Shown here piece by piece: positions 59,304 through 64,000 of a DNA stretch of 64,000 nucleotides. Source of the DNA: an uncultured Gammaproteobacteria bacterium (GTDB taxonomy: Bacteria; Patescibacteriota; Microgenomatia; Levybacterales; GWA1-39-11); contig CAYVKP010000002.1 of assembly GCA_964452165.1 (NCBI GenBank), positions 24,074-88,073 on the forward strand, written 5' to 3'. A program made the position numbers and the translations under genes. How positions within the stretch are numbered: position 1 is the stretch's first letter; every line of letters begins with the position of its first letter. The notes beneath the pieces were generated by a model, which had not been told where the DNA came from, did no database searches, and saw only the letters and a program-made list of their open reading frames with translations.

Positions 59304-61703
59304 ATGCTCAAATACGGATCTTACTCCTCAAGGCGTGAAAGATTCTCTCGCGGCAGGTCTTTTAAATTCAATAATGTAGTTTTGCTCAGCAAGCTTTCAA
59401 AATACGCTTTGTTTGCAGTTATAGGTTTTGTTGTCCTCTTCTTTTTGTATTTTTTGTGGGCGTCGCGTGATCTTCCAACTCCGGGAAAACTTGCAAACTC
59501 GGAAATAAAAGATTCAACCAAGATCCTTGATAAGAATGGCATAGTCCTCTACTCCATTTTCAAAGACTATAATAGGCTCTATATTCCTCTCAAGCAAATT
59601 CCCACTAACTTGCAAAAAGCAACAATCGCAACCGAAGATAAGGATTTTTATACAAACCAAGGGTTTTCTATAACAGGTTTGTTCCGCGGTATATTTTTGG
59701 ATCCGTTGCTTAAGAGTCGAGCCACCGGAGGTTCAACCATCACGCAGCAGTTAGTAAAAAACACTTTGTTGACTCCCGAAAGAAGCCTAACTAGAAAACT
59801 TAAAGAACTGATTTTGGCAATAGAAGTTGATAAGAGATTTTCAAAGAATCAAATTCTTGAAATGTATCTCAATAATGTTCCTTATGGCGGTACGGCCGTT
59901 GGGGTTGAGGCGGCTGCAAATTTATACTTTGGAAAGCACGCCAGCGAACTTGATTTGGCACAGGCCGCTTTCATGGCAGGGCTTCCACAGTTACCATCGG
60001 TCTACTCTCCATATGCAAATCCCGGCAGCAAAGCATATGTTGGAAGAACAGCGCAAGTCCTTAACCGCATGAGATCTGAAGGAATCATTTCAAAAAAGCA
60101 AGTTGATGATTCTATGAAAGAAGTAAGCACATTTAAATTCACGCAAAAACAAGGAAATCTTAAGGCTCCACACTTTGTCCAGTATGTTAAGGAGCAACTA
60201 GTTAAATTGTATGGTGAGGCTGTGGTTGAGGGTGGAAACTTAACGGTTCAAACAACTCTTGATTACAATATTCAAAAAAATGCTGAGGATATAGTAAATA
60301 GCGAGGTGGCAAAACTTAAGGACTATAGTGTTGGAAATGGTGCCGCAATTGTTATGGATCCCAAGACCGGAGCGGTTCTGGCCATGGTTGGAAGCCACGA
60401 TTATTTTGATACAGACCACGAGGGAAATTTCAATGCGGCAACAGCAAGGCGCCAACCGGGATCTTCTCTTAAGCCAATAATGTACGCGACCGCTTTTGAG
60501 AAGGGATACACGCCGGCTACTTTAATTATGGACCTAAAGACTGAATTTCCAACCAATGTTCCGGGTCAGGATTCTTATAGACCTGTTAACTATGATGGTA
60601 AATATCGCGGTCCTGTCCAAATAAGATTTGCTCTTGGTAGCTCTCTCAACGTTCCGGCGGTAAAGATGCTTGCAAGAGTTGGAATAAAGCCCGTTATGCA
60701 AAAAGCATATGATATGGGAATTGAAAACTGGAAGCCGACAGATGAAAATCTGAGAAGTGTAGGACTCTCGCTTGTCCTGGGAGGCCGGGAGACGAGCCTT
60801 CTTGAAGAAGCAACGGCGTATTCTGTTTTTGCGGATCAGGGAATAAAGCACGATCCCTTCTCAATCGTTGAAGTGAAAGATTCAAACGGAAAAACAATTT
60901 ATAAATATCACGAGTCAAATGGCGTCCGCGTTTTGTCTCAGGAAGTGTCTTTCTTGATCTCCCATATCTTGCTTGATGACAACGCCAGGTCTGACGCATT
61001 CGGTAGATACTCTCTTCTTAATATTCCCGGAAAAACCGTTTCGGTCAAAACAGGAACAACAGACAACAAGCGCGATAACTGGGCTGTGGGATACACCTCG
61101 TCCTACGTTGTTGGAGTTTGGGTAGGGAATAACAATAATGCGGCAATGAATCCGAGGATTGCGTCTGGTATCACGGGCGCAACTCCGATTTGGAACAAGA
61201 TAATGCAGTCGGTTCTTAAGGGTAAGCCCGACGAGCAACCGCATAAGCCCGATAATGTGAACGCCGTGCAGATTGATTCTTTCTCGGGTGGTCTGCCTCG
61301 TGATGGTCAGCCTACCAGGACTGAATATTTTGTGAAAGGTACCGAGCCAACAACAAATTCTGTAATTTACAAAAAAGTTAAATTGTCAAAGCACCAGGGA
61401 GGAAAACTGGCCAACTCAGATGAAATTTCCCACGGAGATTATGACGTGAAGGAGTATGTTGTTTTTGAGGAATCAGATCCTGTTTCCCAAGATGGAAAAA
61501 ACCGCTGGCAGGACGCGATAAACGCATGGCTTAATGAAGCTCACAAAGACGATTCAACCTACCGTCCGCCGACTGACACGTCAGACTACAAATACGATTC
61601 AAATAATAATTCCAGCAATCCTACGGCAACTCCAACGCCGTCAGGTTCACCCACACCAACACTTACCCCTACGCCAACGGGTATTTTACCGACCCTACCC
61701 TAA
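59304..61703 (+). CDS. Class A penicillin-binding protein (transglycosylase/transpeptidase)
   Basis: EDKDFY, GGSTITQQ, RKLKE, SSLK, SLN and KTGT motifs; PT-rich tail. Confidence 0.95.
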   Translation: MLKYGSYSSRRERFSRGRSFKFNNVVLLSKLSKYALFAVIGFVVLFFLYFLWASRDLPTPGKLANSEIKDSTKILDKNGIVLYSIFKDYNRLYIPLKQIPTNLQKATIATEDKDFYTNQGFSITGLFRGIFLDPLLKSRATGGSTITQQLVKNTLLTPERSLTRKLKELILAIEVDKRFSKNQILEMYLNNVPYGGTAVGVEAAANLYFGKHASELDLAQAAFMAGLPQLPSVYSPYANPGSKAYVGRTAQVLNRMRSEGIISKKQVDDSMKEVSTFKFTQKQGNLKAPHFVQYVKEQLVKLYGEAVVEGGNLTVQTTLDYNIQKNAEDIVNSEVAKLKDYSVGNGAAIVMDPKTGAVLAMVGSHDYFDTDHEGNFNAATARRQPGSSLKPIMYATAFEKGYTPATLIMDLKTEFPTNVPGQDSYRPVNYDGKYRGPVQIRFALGSSLNVPAVKMLARVGIKPVMQKAYDMGIENWKPTDENLRSVGLSLVLGGRETSLLEEATAYSVFADQGIKHDPFSIVEVKDSNGKTIYKYHESNGVRVLSQEVSFLISHILLDDNARSDAFGRYSLLNIPGKTVSVKTGTTDNKRDNWAVGYTSSYVVGVWVGNNNNAAMNPRIASGITGATPIWNKIMQSVLKGKPDEQPHKPDNVNAVQIDSFSGGLPRDGQPTRTEYFVKGTEPTTNSVIYKKVKLSKHQGGKLANSDEISHGDYDVKEYVVFEESDPVSQDGKNRWQDAINAWLNEAHKDDSTYRPPTDTSDYKYDSNNNSSNPTATPTPSGSPTPTLTPTPTGILPTLP

Positions 61704-61725
61704 TACGCAGTGATATAATAACTGC

Positions 61726-62592
61726 ATGTTAATTCCTACCAAAAAGTTAAAAAACGGATTTGAATTACCGGTTTATGGCATCGGGACTTGGCAAATGGGT
61801 GGTCGCGAAACTTATAATCCCGAAAATGACGATAGAGCTGATATTAATGCAATCAAAGCGGCAATTGATGAAGGTGTGACTCATATTGATACGGCGGAGA
61901 TATATGCGGAGGGTCATGCTGAGAAAATAGTCGGCGAGGCAATAAAGGGACATGATAGACAAAAGCTTTTTATTGTTTCCAAGGTTCAGTTTATTCATCT
62001 ATCAAAATACGAGGACGTCATACAAGCAGCAAAAGATAGTTTGAAAAGAATTGGGACAGATTATCTCGATTTATATCTACTGCATAGACCAAGTCCCAAT
62101 ATTAGAGAAACCATGAGAGCAATGGACGATCTCATAAAGCAAGGACTCATAAGGAATATGGGGGTTTGTAATTTAAACATCGAAGAGTTTGATGAAGCCC
62201 AAGCATGCACGAAAAACAAGATCGTAATTAATCAACTTCACTACAACGTAAAATATCGCGAAATGGAAAAAAGAGGTCTGCTCTCTTATTGTCAGAAGAA
62301 TGATGTTATGCTCGTGGCATGGCGACCACTTCAGAAAGGAATCATTCTAGATGAAGAGACGAATATTCTTACAGAAATGGCTGAAAAATATCACAAAACT
62401 CCCGCGCAAATAGCTATTAACTGGCTCATATCCCAAGATAACGTGGTAACTTTATCCAAAACAACTAGCATAGGTCACTTGAAAGAAAATCTAGGAGCTG
62501 TTGGTTGGGAAATGGATCTTGAGGATGTGGAGCGATTGCGAAAAGAATATCCGGATCAAGTGTTTGTTTCCGATGCTGTCCCTTTACACTAA
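61726..62592 (+). CDS. Aldo/keto reductase
   Basis: GIGTW, IDTAEIY and YLDLYLLH motifs. Confidence 0.94.
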   Translation: MLIPTKKLKNGFELPVYGIGTWQMGGRETYNPENDDRADINAIKAAIDEGVTHIDTAEIYAEGHAEKIVGEAIKGHDRQKLFIVSKVQFIHLSKYEDVIQAAKDSLKRIGTDYLDLYLLHRPSPNIRETMRAMDDLIKQGLIRNMGVCNLNIEEFDEAQACTKNKIVINQLHYNVKYREMEKRGLLSYCQKNDVMLVAWRPLQKGIILDEETNILTEMAEKYHKTPAQIAINWLISQDNVVTLSKTTSIGHLKENLGAVGWEMDLEDVERLRKEYPDQVFVSDAVPLH

Positions 62593-64000
62593 TTCTGCTT
62601 TGAAGCGTGTTTTGAGGGCTGAAATTATTTTCTCCCTGACTTCCTTTATGTCTTCATTCGTGAGATTTTTCTCCTCAGACTGATACGTTATGGTAAATGT
62701 CTTTTTGTTTTTGTAAACGTCAAGAAGCGAGACGTCAACAATTAAATTACTCTGCTCTCTTATTGTTTTGACAATTTTCTCGTAAGTTAAGTTAGGATCT
62801 ATTTCAAAGCGTAAATCTTCATAAGCCTTTGGAAAATGAGATGAAGGCTTATAAATCTTTGCTAGCGTTGCGTGTTTCATTAATATTTCAAAGTCGATTT
62901 CAAAGTCAACAATGTTTTCCTCAAGGTGCTCTATTTGTCCCAGAAAATCTTTCTCAATATAGACATCGGCGCCCGTGCTTGCGCTTTTGGTTTTATGCAT
63001 TTCATAATTTTTAACCCCAAAGTCAGCAAGAATTTGCTCAACCATTCCTTTCGCTTCAAAAAAGCTTACATTATCTTTTTTTATGATTGTTGCAAACATT
63101 AACTTTTCATCCGGGAGAGAATTTGTTTTCTTATGATAAACATTCGCAATTTCAAAGAGCATTAAGTCTTTCCTGTTTTTATTCTCACGGATAGCCGAAA
63201 GCAGGCTTGGAACAAGCGTAGTCCTCATATATATATGGTCGTCAGTCAGAGGGTTTTTAATGGTTACAGATTGGGTCATTGGTCCTTCCAGTAAATCTTC
63301 TGAGACCATTGGGTAAGTGTAGACTTCTGTTGCGCCCCAGTATTTCATTGCAGATCTAGCTCTTTTTTCAAAATAAAAAAGATCCTGCGCTTGGTTATAT
63401 ATTTGAGTGCTGGTGTTGGCGGGTAAGATGCTTGGAAGCTTAAAGTATCCATAAATTCTGGCAACTTCCTCAACTAAGTCCTCAGGAATTTGGACATCTG
63501 CGCTTCTTGAAGATGGAACAACGGCCTTAATTTCCTGACCGGCAACAGTTATGTCGAAGCCTAAGTCTTCCAAAATCTTCGCTGAAGCTTTAATTCCAAT
63601 ATCAACGCCCAGTACGGAATTAATTTTTTCCTGGGAGATAGTTACGGTCTTTCTAGAGGGCTTATTTGGATATTTATCAAAAACTTTAGAAATAACTTTT
63701 CCATCTGCAATATCAGCAAGAAGCTGTACTCCTCGTTCGATTGCTTTGAGAGCCAGTTCCGCGTCTACTCCCTTTTCATTCAAAACCGCCGCATCAGTCC
63801 TGACAGCAAGACTCATGGAGGTTTTTCTTATTTTTGACGGTTCATTATTATCTACAAAAAGTAATACTCTTTTTGTGTCATCATCAACCGAGGAATTTTT
63901 AGTCCCGATTACTCCGAGCAAATCTATTATTGTGCCTGTCCCATCATCAGCAACAATATCTCCTCCCGCCAGTGTATGCTCGGTGTTGTGTAAGTCGACA
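62584..64000 (-). CDS. pheT: Phenylalanine--tRNA ligase beta subunit (partial)
   Basis: RSADVQIPEDLVEEVARIYG, NPL..MRTTL and C-terminal FDX-ACB; the frame continues to the window end. Confidence 0.94.
   Translation of the reverse strand, partial: VDLHNTEHTLAGGDIVADDGTGTIIDLLGVIGTKNSSVDDDTKRVLLFVDNNEPSKIRKTSMSLAVRTDAAVLNEKGVDAELALKAIERGVQLLADIADGKVISKVFDKYPNKPSRKTVTISQEKINSVLGVDIGIKASAKILEDLGFDITVAGQEIKAVVPSSRSADVQIPEDLVEEVARIYGYFKLPSILPANTSTQIYNQAQDLFYFEKRARSAMKYWGATEVYTYPMVSEDLLEGPMTQSVTIKNPLTDDHIYMRTTLVPSLLSAIRENKNRKDLMLFEIANVYHKKTNSLPDEKLMFATIIKKDNVSFFEAKGMVEQILADFGVKNYEMHKTKSASTGADVYIEKDFLGQIEHLEENIVDFEIDFEILMKHATLAKIYKPSSHFPKAYEDLRFEIDPNLTYEKIVKTIREQSNLIVDVSLLDVYKNKKTFTITYQSEEKNLTNEDIKEVREKIISALKTRFKAELV

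Noticed and set aside
61600-61703. Pro/Thr-rich repeats at the PBP C-terminus and in ORF 12430-13227
   Set aside because: Ordinary low-complexity linkers of surface proteins

Overview
A 64 kb chromosomal segment from a small-genome bacterium. Gene content, a type IV pilus locus, a degenerate holB, a single Xer recombinase, tRNAs without CCA and pervasive leaderless starts point to Patescibacteria/CPR, most like Microgenomates; this assignment is inference. The genetic code is standard code 11. Most of the window is housekeeping: hisS, cysS, tyrS, pheT, rpsF-ssb-rpsR, dnaB, efp, gyrB-ppa-gyrA, recG, rnc, nusB, rpmF, rpsP, trmD, a class A PBP, pyrB, purC, purD, folD, two tRNAs and a type IV pilus cluster. 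Five things stand out. (1) A 2.4 kb GC-richer polycistron (about 5.4-7.85 kb) of seven small membrane-anchored ORFs, bracketed by long G-U-containing RNA stems, with a repeated stop-hairpin-RBS junction. (2) A Tyr-codon leader-peptide attenuator upstream of an amino-acid racemase. (3) A ~0.95 kb ORF-free region with nested long-range pairings (candidate large ncRNA) that also holds a 28-bp dif-like site, one arm of which recurs in the xer promoter. (4) A TyrRS with an ACT-like domain inserted in its catalytic domain. (5) Near-universal leaderless gene starts outside the small-ORF array. All pairings were found by eye and no searches were run.
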